This document shows positions 25,691 to 38,338 of a stretch of DNA of 64,000 bases, piece by piece; the stretch's first letter is position 1; the number at the start of each line of letters is the position of its first letter. Under the pieces are notes generated by a model. The model searched no databases. It saw nothing but the letters and a program-made list of their open reading frames with translations, and was not told the origin of the DNA. The translations under genes were made by a program, and so were the position numbers. The DNA comes from the human T2T-CHM13v2.0 reference genome, Homo sapiens: the NCBI RefSeq assembly GCF_009914755.1, contig NC_060940.1; one strand, 5' to 3'.

Positions 25691-26896
25691 TAATATAATA
25701 AACTCAAAAAACTAAATAGTATTCTTAGTAGAGAATGAAAAAGGAATGCAGAATTTGTGAAAACAAGATGTAGTATTAAATACAAGTTAAAAAATAGGAA
25801 GAAGTGGAATATGAAAAAGAAAACTAGGGTTTAGGCTCTGACAACTAAGGTAATTATTCAGTGCTATTACGCAGATTGTTGATTTTTGAGAAATGATTAA
25901 ATAGCTAAAAAATATTTCCATAAATCTGTGTCCTACATTAGCTAATTTCCTCAATTTGGAGGCTGACATTATATTAGTAGATTCTTTAGAGCTGAATAGT
26001 ACAGAATAATAAAGTCTTCAAAAAAAGGAGGAACCTGTGGGAATGGATTAAAATAACTTTACCTGTAGAGGACTTAGGAAGTTGGCAAACGGGGCCCTAG
26101 GTGTACAGCCGAAAGTATCTTCAGTTACTGAATAGAGAGAGAGAAAAAAAGCCAATATCTAGAAAGAAGCAATTTGCATTTTAAGGTGTATATCACATGA
26201 TCTGAGAGATGGCAACACATCAGGTGAATAATAACTTCATCTGCTGCAAGCTTTCTTAACATCTCTATTTAGTGCTTGAATGCATCTTTCTATTTTATTC
26301 TCCTATCTCCTACTCTCTCAAAGTACTAAGCACTACACAATATCTAAAGTTATCATTTCTAAGGCTAACTACATCTAATTTTTATCATGGGTTGTAGTTT
26401 TCCAACGTAGACTAACTCTAAGAAAAGCTATATGTCCACCTTTCATTTTTGCTATATCTCAGTGCAAATGTAAATTGCAAATCTCTTTACCTCTGAGATC
26501 GTGTTGTGGGTCCCCTGCAGTTACAGAAATAATGAAGTTATCATCAGAAGGTCAGAATCTGCCTACCTGTATGGCCGTGGAAAGCAGTTTCCTGCTTCCA
26601 AATTGGATCCTTTTTTTAAAAGCAGCATCTTGTTTGCCTCTTCTGATATTCACATATTTCAAAACAAATTTTATTATACAGAGAAGAAAAAATTATGATT
26701 GTTTCCATTTCTCTGAAACTATAAAAATTTACAAGAACATTTATGTCAAGTTTCTGATTTTCCCCTATTAGGTAACTAGATTACTCAATAACAGTAGTAT
26801 AGGAATGTTTCTCAGAGATAGTCACTCTCCTGAAATACATTATTGGAATTTCATAAAGTCGTTTACCGGATTCTTTTGTGTCCCAGGCTCACTGCC

Positions 26897-27397
26897 TATC
26901 ACGGTCAATTTCATGTGTCAACTTGGGTAGGCCATGGTATGCAGCTGTCTATTCAAACAGCAGTCTAGATGTTGCTGGGAAGTTATTTTTTAGATAAAAT
27001 TAACCCTAAATTCAGAAATTTTGAGTAAAGCAGTGTGCTCTCCATATGTGGGGGGGCCTTATCAAATTAGTTGAAGGTCTTAAGACTGAGGACCTTTGAG
27101 GAAGAGGGAATTGTGCCAGCAGACTCCCTTCAGATTCCAGCTGCAATGTCAACTCTTCCCTGGGTTTCCAGCCTGCCAGCCTTCCTTGCAAATTTCAGAC
27201 TTGCCAGCTCACACACCTTTATGCACCAGTTCCATTAAATAAATCTCCCTCTCCCTCTAGTTTTACCCAAATCTCTATAAATCTGTATCTAGACCTATAT
27301 ATGTTGTTATCATATATTGGTATATAGATCTATATATAGATATATATCAACAAGATTGATATAGAATCCTATTGATTATGTTTTTCTGAAGAACTCT
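26897..27397 (+). mobile_element. MLT2 (ERVL) LTR
   Basis: ggtcaatttcatgtgtcaacttgggtaggccatggt...agtctagatgttgctg...gagtaaagcag...tcctattgattatgtttttctgaagaact. Confidence 0.85.
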
Positions 27398-27439
27398 TCT
27401 TTCTTTATGATTGCTTCAGTATGTTTTAAGAGACTTAAA

Positions 27440-27970
27440 TACATTGGCCAAGAGACTTAAATATATTACAATTACCCTCAGCTTGACTACACTTTACATA
27501 GGTTTCTTCCTGACTCTAGGGCCCTGGTCTCCATTTTTGTACAGCATTTACTTTGGAAAACATAATTGTAAATTTTTCTCTGCCCCTTTGAGATGTGAAT
27601 TTTTTTTAAAAAAACCTCTTAGTAGTTTTACAACGTAACTCTTTGAATGTAAATATCAAGGGAGATAACACCCCTATCTCCTGGTTTCTATGGAAGGGTA
27701 GGAGCCTAACTTTGGTGGCTGCCTTGTTCCTATTGTAAAACTACCCTTTTGTCACAAAGAGAGTGGAAAATTTATGTTTCAATGGGTAAAGTCAGCTAGA
27801 AAACACATATAACCTATGCTTTCTCTCTCATCCCAGAACTTAAAATTTCTCTCACTCTTTGTTTCAGTGGAGTCGAGCTCAGACCGAATTCTGGCCTCTC
27901 TCCTTTATTGCAATAGACTTGAAAAAATTCTTTCTTCCCTGTTCAGCTTTTCCTGATGCAAATTACAATA
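27440..27970 (+). mobile_element. MER34/MER39-like ERV1 LTR
   Basis: catttactttggaaaac...ctgcccctttgagatgt...atcaagggagataacacccctatctcc...gggtaggagcctaactt. Confidence 0.65.
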
Positions 27971-27985
27971 TAAAGAGGCTCCTGT

Positions 27986-28194
27986 TGTGCAAAGGCATAA
28001 AAATGATACAATGGACTTTGGGGACTTTGTGGGGGAGAGGGTGGGAAGCGGGTGAGGGATAAAAGACAGCAAATTGGATTCAGTGTACACTGCTTGGGTG
28101 ATGGGTGCACCAAAATCTCACAAATCACCACTAAAGAACTTACTCATGCAACCAAATACCACCTGTTCCCCAAAAACCTATGGAAATATAAAAC
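27986..28194 (+). mobile_element. L1PB1-like 3' end
   Basis: gcaaaggcataaaaatgatacaatggactttgggg...ccccaaaaacctatggaaata; TSD aaagaggctcct / aaagaggcttct. Confidence 0.88.
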
Positions 28195-29776
28195 AAAGAG
28201 GCTTCTCTTTTTCGAGTTTAATATTGAAGTTGTTGAAAGTTGGCCACAATCTTCAAACAATGAGATTTATATGAAATATTTAAATTTCTTTAATTGTTCA
28301 GAAACAACATAGCTGCCTGCTAATGAAAAGAACTTAAATTTGCTTATTAAAATTACGATGTTAAGCCACACTGTATACAGAAGTAAATAGTGTAATTCCA
28401 GAAGTTAAAAAGTTTACAGTAAAACAATGAATGATCTAGGAAAGTTTAGTAGCTATATGTGATGAATATCAGTTATCTCTCTTTGTTCTACATCTCTCAA
28501 TTCATCTGGTTATTGTTAAATTAATTTCCCTGTAGCACTACTTTGTCCTCTGCATTTCATTGGTCAGAACTTCTCAAGTCTCCCTCTGTGAACAAGGATT
28601 AAAACCACATGTTTTAGCCAAATATCCCAAGTCCAACAGAGTTCTATCTGAATTCTAGTTTTCCAAAATTATATAAATCTAGGAAATGAAGGCTAAAGTG
28701 TCATTCTGATATTGCAAGATACTACTTTGTATGTGAATACTTACTGGTGAATGCCTAATATCAGTTTCTTTAGATTTTTTTTTTCTTCTTGAGTTAATCT
28801 AATTCCCCCGAGATGAAATATTTATATATTTTTCTCTGTTGGATTTAAGCCTCACAAGTTAAGTAAACCCTTATGAATTACAGACTGGAACCCTCCTCAT
28901 GTTGTGAAATAATGAAATGCAAATCACAATTCAAGTTGCTGCTCTACTTACTCTCCTCCTTTTTATTCCTATTAATTAATCCTACTGGAGGAGCCAATGT
29001 CCACTGTGCGGACCACCAGCTGGATGATCAATTTGCCTTGACTTACTTTAAAACAGAAAATTACTGTGCTAGCAGATGTCATTTTCTATGGTAATATATA
29101 GCCCTCCTATACACAACAAGATTCCCACTGTTTAGTCAGGACTTTCTAGAATCTGTCCAGGTGAACAGAAAATGTCAAAGCCCACCATGATTGGCCCATG
29201 CTCATAGAATTTATGCTTCCAGGTTGATTTACTCAAGGGCTAGATGGAGTGCATTAGAACGAGTGCATTTACTTGTTCATCAAATAAATTTAACATACTT
29301 GGTAAATTGCAAGCTTTGTTCTACGTGTTGAAAATGGAGAGGCAGGAAGACAGTTTCCCGGCTCTGAAAGAAGTTAAAAGCGTTGAGAAAAGACATTAGA
29401 TTGTATGTTAATTTTTTGTTAACAGTACTTTTTAAAGCAAAGTTTTTGCTAAATATTTGTTTAATTTCAGGCATTTTAAGTTCTATATGTATGTTTTACA
29501 ATAAGATATGATATGTCAAGCATTTCATGATTAGGAGTATAATAAGGCTTCATTTGATAGCAGTATTTTCCAATGGGAACAAAAAACAATAGACTTTACT
29601 GCTTGGCCAGTATGACACTGGCTTATGATCAGATCAGACAATGCTTGTCATGTCCAAAAAAGGCAGGAGAAATTGCCAAGCGGGAGGAGAAATTGCCACG
29701 GAGCAGGATACATTCTTTTGGCTCTGAATTTGTAGAAAAAAATCAAGACACAGTGACCATATCACATCTTAAAAAC

Positions 29777-29920
29777 GTATTTTGTGTATTTGACACATTG
29801 CTGCTAACTTTTCAGCTATTTTTTTTTGCTTCCTTCGTACTTCATTTGTGTATTTTGTGTATTTGACATATTGCTGCTAACTTTTCAGCTATTTTTTTGC
29901 CTCCTTCGTACTTCATTTGT
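29777..29920. repeat. ~73-bp tandem duplication
   Basis: Copies at 29777-29849 and 29850-29920; two substitutions and T9 versus T7. Confidence 0.95.
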
Positions 29921-30861
29921 TTCTTCATTTGCTTTTTATGTTCTTATGAATAAAAATTATTCATTATTCTGAAATTTGTTTGTTCATTCATTGTTTATTT
30001 ACATCTGCTTACACCCAAGGAGGTTCTAAGAGGCTTTCTAATAAGAAACTTGAATATGATTTTGATATTAAAAGCAATATCAAAATAAGAGACTGCTAGT
30101 AAAAAGGTAGAAAATATTTTATAAGAAAATTTACACTAAGTTGAAAACTTAATTTACCTCAGAGATTTCTCTCAGTGACTTAGAAGAACACGCATAAATA
30201 AGATACATTCTCTTACTCTAATTCCTAGCAATAAACGTCTTAACATTAATTTTTACAAAGTTTTGGGAGCCAGTGAACAATGTTATATTCCACAATTGCC
30301 TAATTTTCTTTTCTCTGTGTGTGTGTGCCCATGAGTTTCTGTTTATATTATTTATCTTTTAGTAATTATTTTTATTATCTGTAGATTAATTTTGGTGATA
30401 GTAATGTTGTAAAATGATAAAAATGGAATGTTCTAGACTAGTAATCTACAATGATTAATGAACAGAATTTAATATAATATGAATTTAGTAATTTCTGACT
30501 TGTAGTATATGTGACACTTTTTGCTTAATTTGGTTTCTCTTTAATAATTCATTACTCCTTCAGCTTGTCAGTTGAGAGCTATTTTTGTATCCTTTTTCTG
30601 AATAACAGTTAAATTTATTTAAATCTGCCATAAATTCACAAAAAAAAGGCACAAAGATGTTTGTCTTCCTCTTTATGACTCTGTGAGGCCCCTCCTGACT
30701 TTGGTCTCCCCAGTGCTTTTGCCATGATTACATCGACTTCTTTGCATGGAAGCCCAGATGATTTAATTTATATCTCTCTTCCTTATCTTTAGCTTTCCAG
30801 CTTCATATTTCTGTGTATTAAAATTCCAGATTAATAGTAGAATTTACTCTTCATGTCATTA

Positions 30862-31560
30862 GTGTTTTGTTTCAATCTCACCTGGTAAAACACCACCAGG
30901 GTGTGCTGAAATTTAAGGCTGACACTAACTACTTAGAGTTAGTATCAGACTCCACAGGTTTAAGAGCCCAGGCTTCCATAAGACTTCTCTTACTTCAGAT
31001 ACCAGCCACAAGTGGTGTCCTCAGACAGCCCATTCTTCTGACCAACTGACTACCAATTTATAGGTTCCTATGACCACCCCTCAGGTTCAGTAACTTGCTA
31101 GAATGACTTAGGGAACTCATAGAAAATGCTATGTTTAAGATTACAGTTTTATTATAAAGGATACGTACAGAACATGGGCTGGGAGTGAAAAAGACATACC
31201 TTCCATGTTTTTTCCCCATAGATTTAGGGTGTGCTGCCCTCCTGGCACATCAGTGTGTTTACCCATCAGGAAGCTCTACTGAGCTTTGAGTCCAGAGATT
31301 TTATTGGGGTTGTGTTATGGAGGCTTGCTTATTGTATCGTTGGTCATGTGATAGAACTCAACCCCTAGCCCTAATCCCCTCCTTGGAGGTCAGGCTAGCC
31401 CAAAGACCAGCCCCCATCCTGATGCTATTTACAGGTCTCCCGTGAGTCACCTCATTTGTATAAAAAAGAAACTCCAGTCACTCAATCAATTATAAGGGTT
31501 TAGAAGCTCTGTGCCTGGAACCGGATACAAAGACCGGAGATATTCTTTATTACCTCACAG
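30862..31560. mobile_element. MER21-type LTR (second, diverged copy)
   Basis: ctgacactaactac...tcagactccacaggtttaag...cttcagataccagccacaag...ttgctagaatgact. Confidence 0.7.
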
Positions 31561-34500
31561 ATAATAGCTCCAAAGACTTAAGATGTGTGAAAACTGTAAA
31601 GGGGATGTTACAAAGATTAACTCTTGGTAGATCTAAATTGAGGCTCAGGATTTCCTAATTTTTACAAGTATAAAAAGAACTTTACATGGTTTATGAATGT
31701 GTAAATTGGCACAATCACTTGGGGGAAATATCTGCTAATATCGATTAAATTAGAATATATGAATATTCTTGATCCAGCAAATCCACTTCTAGGTAAATGC
31801 CTGACAAAATTGTCCACTGTCAGGAAAAACTGTATGACGTTTAAAAATGCGTATACACCCACACAAAAGATTACTGTGTTTTCTGTCTAGCTCATCCTTC
31901 TGGGTTTTCTAATTTATTGGTTTTGGGCTATTTTATAACTCTAGAGGGTGTAGGAAATGTTATGCTGTACATTATTATTTTTTTCCTAGACAGGCTAATG
32001 GATTTAATCTTGTGGAATGCAACTTACTATTGTCCTGCTGATGCTGACCAGTTTAACATTTACTTATTAATTTGTTTCAGCCTTTCTGTTTTCCTATATA
32101 TGGTGTATTTGAATTCTCCTTTGAGCCAAACAAACATTTTGCTTGTTTGTTAATTCATTAATGAGTTATATATGCCTTTGGCATGTGTTATTTTTATATT
32201 TGTATGGAATTCATGATTTTGCCTTTTAAAGAATATATCATTTACCACCATCATAAATGCTGCAATATTTATGGAAGCACTATTTGTAGGGGGAGAATAG
32301 GGTTAGTAGGGGGCTTGCAACTCTGTTTTATCCTCCTTAGGGACATCTCAGGCAGCTTTGACCTCTCTTAAACATACTGACGGAATTTACTAGCTGGAAG
32401 ATAAACGAGGGCCTTCTGGGGTTGCTATATACCGATTTCTTACCTAAGAAAACCTTTTAGTATGCTATACCTGGTGTGTCTGGGTTGTATATTGTAAATA
32501 AACCTCCAGTGAGGATGTGCAGGGGATTGGAGTTATCACTTCATTCCTCTGAACCCAAAAAAACATACTCAGGTGGAAAACAAGGTGACCTATGGAGCTG
32601 CATCTAGAAAGAGATAAAATAATGATTGCTTTTGATATATGTCAGAGCATTTTATAAAAATTCTGTTTGACTCTCATCTAATACTCTTGGAGGTGTAACT
32701 TTGTGGTCACAGCAGATTTGACTAACAACCCGCAACTGATAAATGTGCAAGTAGTTTATGGCTCTTTAAAGTTGGAGGTTAACCAGCAAATATTGATAAC
32801 ATAATTTACTGTACTTCTGAGAGTCCGTCTTATGCATAATTTAGCCATTTTATTTAGACATACTTAGACATTTCTTTCTTGACTAGCTGGACAAATTCCC
32901 TTCTTTCTCAGTTCTTCCATAAGTGAACTTTGTTGTGTTCTTGATGGTTCCCTCATGGATGAGTTACATATAATTTTGAGAGTTCTGTTTTATCTCCTAT
33001 TGTCCTCAAGGGCTAGGAAGAAAAGGCATTCCAATATACTCATGCAAATGAAGGTTCTATATTTCATTACATACTCTTAAATATTGTTTAAGTTTTACTA
33101 TTTTAAATACTTCATTCAATAGTTTCTTAATTGAAAAACGTAACAAGTCAAGAAATACTCTTACAAGAAGACAAGTACAACATTTATCCCAATGAAACAT
33201 ATTCAAAAGTTAGACTTTTATGTTATTTGTAGTTAGGACCAGCGTGGATTTTTTTTGTTTTTTCTTTTTGGTTAGAGTGGGAAGACAAATTTGCTTTTTA
33301 AAAGGCTACCTATATTGATTTCCTCATACTAACATTAATATTTCCCTTAACAGAACTCTGTGCCCTTGTAGGGATCAACATCTTAATGGGATTTTTGTTT
33401 ATGAAAGAAAAGACTTATATGAGAACTAAGTTGCTCTCCAAATTTAATATAAAGTGGAATTTTGGAGAAAAGGTATATTTTCGTTTTCCTTTTTAATCTG
33501 ACAGATTGTTAAAAACATGTCTCTGCTAGTTATAGTAGGAGTCCTGTAATTTTTATTCTGTATGAATGGACTTTGATTTTTTTAATGCCCTGTAAAAAAA
33601 AGTAGTCAGTGGAGGTCCAGTGTTCAATATGGCATGTAAGGAGCTTGAAAGTCATCACTTCATCCTAACAAAAAGTAAAATTTGAGCGATCTGAAAAACC
33701 AGCCACTCATCTCAGATCTGTCAGAGAGGTGATGTCACAAGGCAGATTTCTGCCTCAAAGTCAGAAAAAGACTGTTGAACACAAAGAATCACAACTTATT
33801 AGAGCAGAGGCTTACAGGCAGAAACCTCCACTGTAACAAGAATCAGGTTCCTTTTACCTAGTTCATCACATCTGGCTATCAAGAAAAAAATTACAAGGCA
33901 TACTAAAAGGTATAAACCACAGTTTGAACAGACAGAACAAGCATGAGAACCAAATTCAGATATGACAGAGATGTTGGAATTATTAGCTCAGGAATTTAAT
34001 ACAACTACAATTAATAGGATAAGCGTTCTAATCAATAAAGTGCACAGCATGCCAGAACAGGTGGGCAATATAAAGGAAAGGAGGAATGCCTTTGATGGGC
34101 TCATTAGTAGACTGAACATGCTGAGAAAATAATCTTTGAACTTGAAGACATCTCAATAAAATCTCCTAAAACTAAAAAAAAAAAAGGGGAAAAAAAACCT
34201 GAAAAAACCCAGAATAGATTATCCAAGAAGTGTGGGACAACTACAAAAGGTACAATTTAAGTATAATGGGAATTTTGGAAGGAGAAAAATGAGCAAAATA
34301 AAGACATATTTGAAACAATGATGACTGTTAATTTTCCCAAATTAATGTCATCTAACAAACCATACCCCCAGGAAGCTTAGAGAACACCAAACAGAATAAA
34401 TATGAAAACATGTATACTAAGGCGTATCATATTGAAACTTCAGAAAATCAAGGGCAAAGAAGAATTGTGAAAGGGATCAGAGAGAAAAATAGCTTACCTG

Positions 34501-35433
34501 TAGAGGAGCAAAGATAAAAATTCTATCTGACTTCTCCTCAGAAATCATATAAGCAAAAAGAGAGCACAGCAAAATATTTACAGTATTGGGAGAAAAACAA
34601 CATAAAATTTTACACTCTGTGTAATTATCCTTCAAAAATGAAGGATAAATACTGTATCCAAAAATCAAAAATTGAAAAAAATTGTTGCCAGTAAACCTGC
34701 CTTGTAAGTAATATTACAAGAAATTTTTCAGAAGAAAGGAAAATTATATAAGATCAAAAACTCAAATCTACATAAAGAAAGGAAGAGCATAGGAGAAGGA
34801 ATAAGTGAAAGCAAAATAAAAACATTTATTATTATTATTCTTAACTGATGTAACATATAAGAAGTTTTTCAAAATTACAGTAGCAAAAATGTATTTTATG
34901 CTTAATCAATGTATTAGATAATGTATGAAATTTTAAAATATATATGTTTATGTATAAATGAATGACAGCAATGATACAAAGGGCTGGAAGAAAGAATTAT
35001 TTTGTTATTGTGAGGTACTTGCACTGTCTATGAAGTGCTATAGTTTTATTTGAATGTGGGGATGGATTCGTTGTAAGTGTATATTGCAGGGAAACCACCA
35101 AAAAAAGTTTTCTAAAATACCAGAAATATAACTGATATGCTAAGGACAGAAACCAAATCATACAAAATTCAATTAAAACCACAAAAAGCAGTAAGAGAGT
35201 AGAAGACAAAAATGGGAACAAAGAACAAAGGCAAAAATATAAGAGAGTAACAAATATATATTAATCCAGCTATATCAATAATCACTTTAAATAGCAATGG
35301 TCTAAATTTAACAACAATTAAAAAATAGAGATTGTCAGATTAGATTAAAAAACAAGACCTAAATGTATGTTGTCTACCAGAAACCTGCTGAAATTTAAAC
35401 AGACACGTATAAATTAGAAGTAAATGGATGGAA

Positions 35434-35577
35434 GGCTGGGCACGGTGGCTCACATCTGTAATACTAACACTTTGGGAGGCCAAGGAATTTGAGACCAGCC
35501 TGGCCAACATGGTGAATTCCCATCTCTACTAAATATACAAAAAGAAAAAAAATAGCTGGGCGTGGTGGTGCACACCT
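35434..35577 (+). mobile_element. Alu, internally deleted and 3'-truncated
   Basis: ggctgggcacggtggctcac...gccaagg|aatttgagaccagcc...gcacacct. Confidence 0.9.
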
Positions 35578-36000
35578 AGATTAATGTAATTTGTTAGTGT
35601 CTTGTTAAGCTTTTATTAAGATAAAAAGAGAGGACACAAATTACTAACACTAGAAATAAAGGAGATACCACTGCAAATCTTAGGAACATTAAAATGATAA
35701 TCAAAGGAAACTATGAAGAACTAACTCTATGTCCAAAAATTTGATAACCCAGATGAAACAAATCAATTCTTTGAAAGACACAATCTGCCAAAACTCACAC
35801 AAGAAGAGATAGAGAAACTGAATAGGCCTATATCTACTAAAGAAATTGAATCAATAATTAATAAACTTCCAAAACAGAAAGCACCAGGCCTAAATTTGTC
35901 CACTGGTGATTTTTATCGAACACTTAAGAAATAATTTATATCAATTCACATGTAACAAAAAAGGAGCCCGAATAGCCAAGGCAATCCTGAGCAAGAAGAA

Positions 36001-36071
36001 CAACCAGACAAAGAATTATAATACCAACCAGACAAAGAATTATAATACCAACCAGACAAAGAATTATAATA
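36001..36071. repeat. 24-bp unit x3 within L1 ORF2
   Basis: caaccagacaaagaattataatac repeated three times. Confidence 0.95.
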
Positions 36072-36421
36072 AAGGAAAACTAAAGACCAATATCACACGA
36101 GAGCATAGCTTCAGAAATTCTCATCAAAATATTAGCAAATCAAATCCAACCATGTGTAAAAGAACTCTACATCAAGACCAAGTGGGATTTAGCCCAAGTA
36201 TTCAAGCCTGTTTCAACACTTGGAAATCAATTAATGTAATCTATCACAACACCAAGATACGATCCATGAAAGAATTAAACCTGAGCTCCTTTAAAATTAA
36301 AAATTTCTGTTCCACAGAAGACACTGTTAAAGAGAATGAGAAGACAAGCCAGAGAGAGGGAGAAAGGATTTGCAAAACACATACCTGATAAATGACTGTT
36401 ATCCAAAATGTACAAATAACT

Positions 36422-36610
36422 TCAACAGCTTTATTGAGGTATCATTGACATAAAAATTATATGTGTTTAAGGTGTAACACTGGATGTTTTGATATACATG
36501 TGTATCATGAAATGATCACCACAATTAAGCTAATTAACACATCCACCATTCTTACATAGTTACCACATGTGTGCGTGTATGAGTGGTGAGAAGATTTAAC
36601 TTAAGATCCA
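36422..36610 (-). mobile_element. L1MA9-like 3' end
   Basis: cagctttattgaggta...tgaaatgatcaccacaattaagctaattaaca. Confidence 0.85.
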
Positions 36611-36644
36611 CTACTGTCACCACCACAACAGAAACAAAGGCATC

Positions 36645-36796
36645 CAAATTATTGTGCACTTTCTTTGTGGCATGCATAGTGCTTAATGTGCATTTATTTA
36701 GTCCTCACAGCAACCTTATGTTTTCTTTAAAGATAAGAAAACTGGGGCTCAGAGAGTTTCAGTCATTTTCTGAAGGAAACACGGTAAAGTGTAGAG
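36645..36796 (-). mobile_element. MIR
   Basis: tttagtcctcacagcaacc...agataagaaaactggggctcagagagtt. Confidence 0.75.
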
Positions 36797-37635
36797 TTAT
36801 GTTGTTAAACATTAATTTTAGCTGTTACAGAGAAGACACCGGCAGAAAAATTGAGCAGAGCTTAGGAAAAAAAAACAAACAAACTAAATAAAACTCAATC
36901 CTTCGCCATTTCAGGTCAGTCTTTAGTGGCTCTGATCAGTCTTTGGATACTCACCTAGGAATTGTAACCAAGTCTAACTCTTATGTGTTTTGCTGAGCAT
37001 TCGCTTCCTGATTGCAGGTTTAAGAGCATCTGAAAAGTCAGTTGTCACTGTGGCTAGTTTGTAAGTCAAGGTACTACTGGGTGTGGCCTGGTTTGCCTTT
37101 AGGAAGACCACTCCTTCCTCTTCCTAGAAGCCAGCTCCTCCAGCTCAGAGCAGCCTATATCTGGAGTCAGGGTGAGTGCACCTTTAGAAAGGATACAATT
37201 TTTTTATTGTTTGTTTTGTTTTGTTTTTCTAGCTTTATTGAGGTATAATTGAGAAATAAAAATTATACATATATTTATGGTGTGCATGTCGTGTTTTGAT
37301 ATATGTATACATCGTGAAATGATCACTCTAATCAAACTAATTGACATATCCCTCACCTCCATGGTTACGTGTGTATGATAAGAACATTTACAATCAATTC
37401 TCTTAGCAAATTTGAAGTATACAATACTGTGTTGCTAACTATTGTTGCCATGTTGTACATTATATCTCCAGAAGTTATTCATCCTGCATAATTGAAATTT
37501 GCATTTTTTCATCAGCATTACTTGGTTTCCCCCTTCCCTTGGCTGCTGGCAACCATCATTCTACTCTGTGCTTCTGTGAATTTGACTATTTTAGATTCCA
37601 CATATAAGTGAGCTAATGCAGTATTTCTCTGCATC

Positions 37636-37928
37636 TTTTTTTTTTTTTTGAAACAGGGTCTCACTCTGTTGCCCAGGCTAGAGTGCAATGGTGTGATCTC
37701 AGTTCACGCAGCTTCCAGCTTCTGGGTTCAAGCGATTCTCGTGCCCTAGCCTCACAAGTAACTGGGACTACAGGCATGCACCACCATGCCTGGGTAATTT
37801 TTATTTTTGTATTTGTAGTGGAGGCAGAGTTTCACCACGTTGGCCAGGCTGGTCTTGAACTCCTGGCCTCAAGTGACCTCAGCCTCCTGAAGTGCTGGGA
37901 TAATAGGTGTGAGCCACTGTACCCGGCC
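37636..37928 (-). mobile_element. AluJb-like
   Basis: Poly-T, then gaaacagggtctcactctgttgcccagg...ctcctggcctcaagtga. Confidence 0.93.
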
Positions 37929-37947
37929 TTGTATCTTTCTCATTTAG

Positions 37948-38338
<391 letters not shown>

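Noticed and set aside
23045-31560. Two same-orientation MER21-like LTRs ~7 kb apart; possible provirus
   Set aside because: The copies are clearly diverged from each other and the interval holds unrelated repeats and unique DNA, not retroviral internal sequence.
36001-36071. Short direct repeats resembling a CRISPR array
   Set aside because: No spacers, eukaryotic context and an L1-derived unit.
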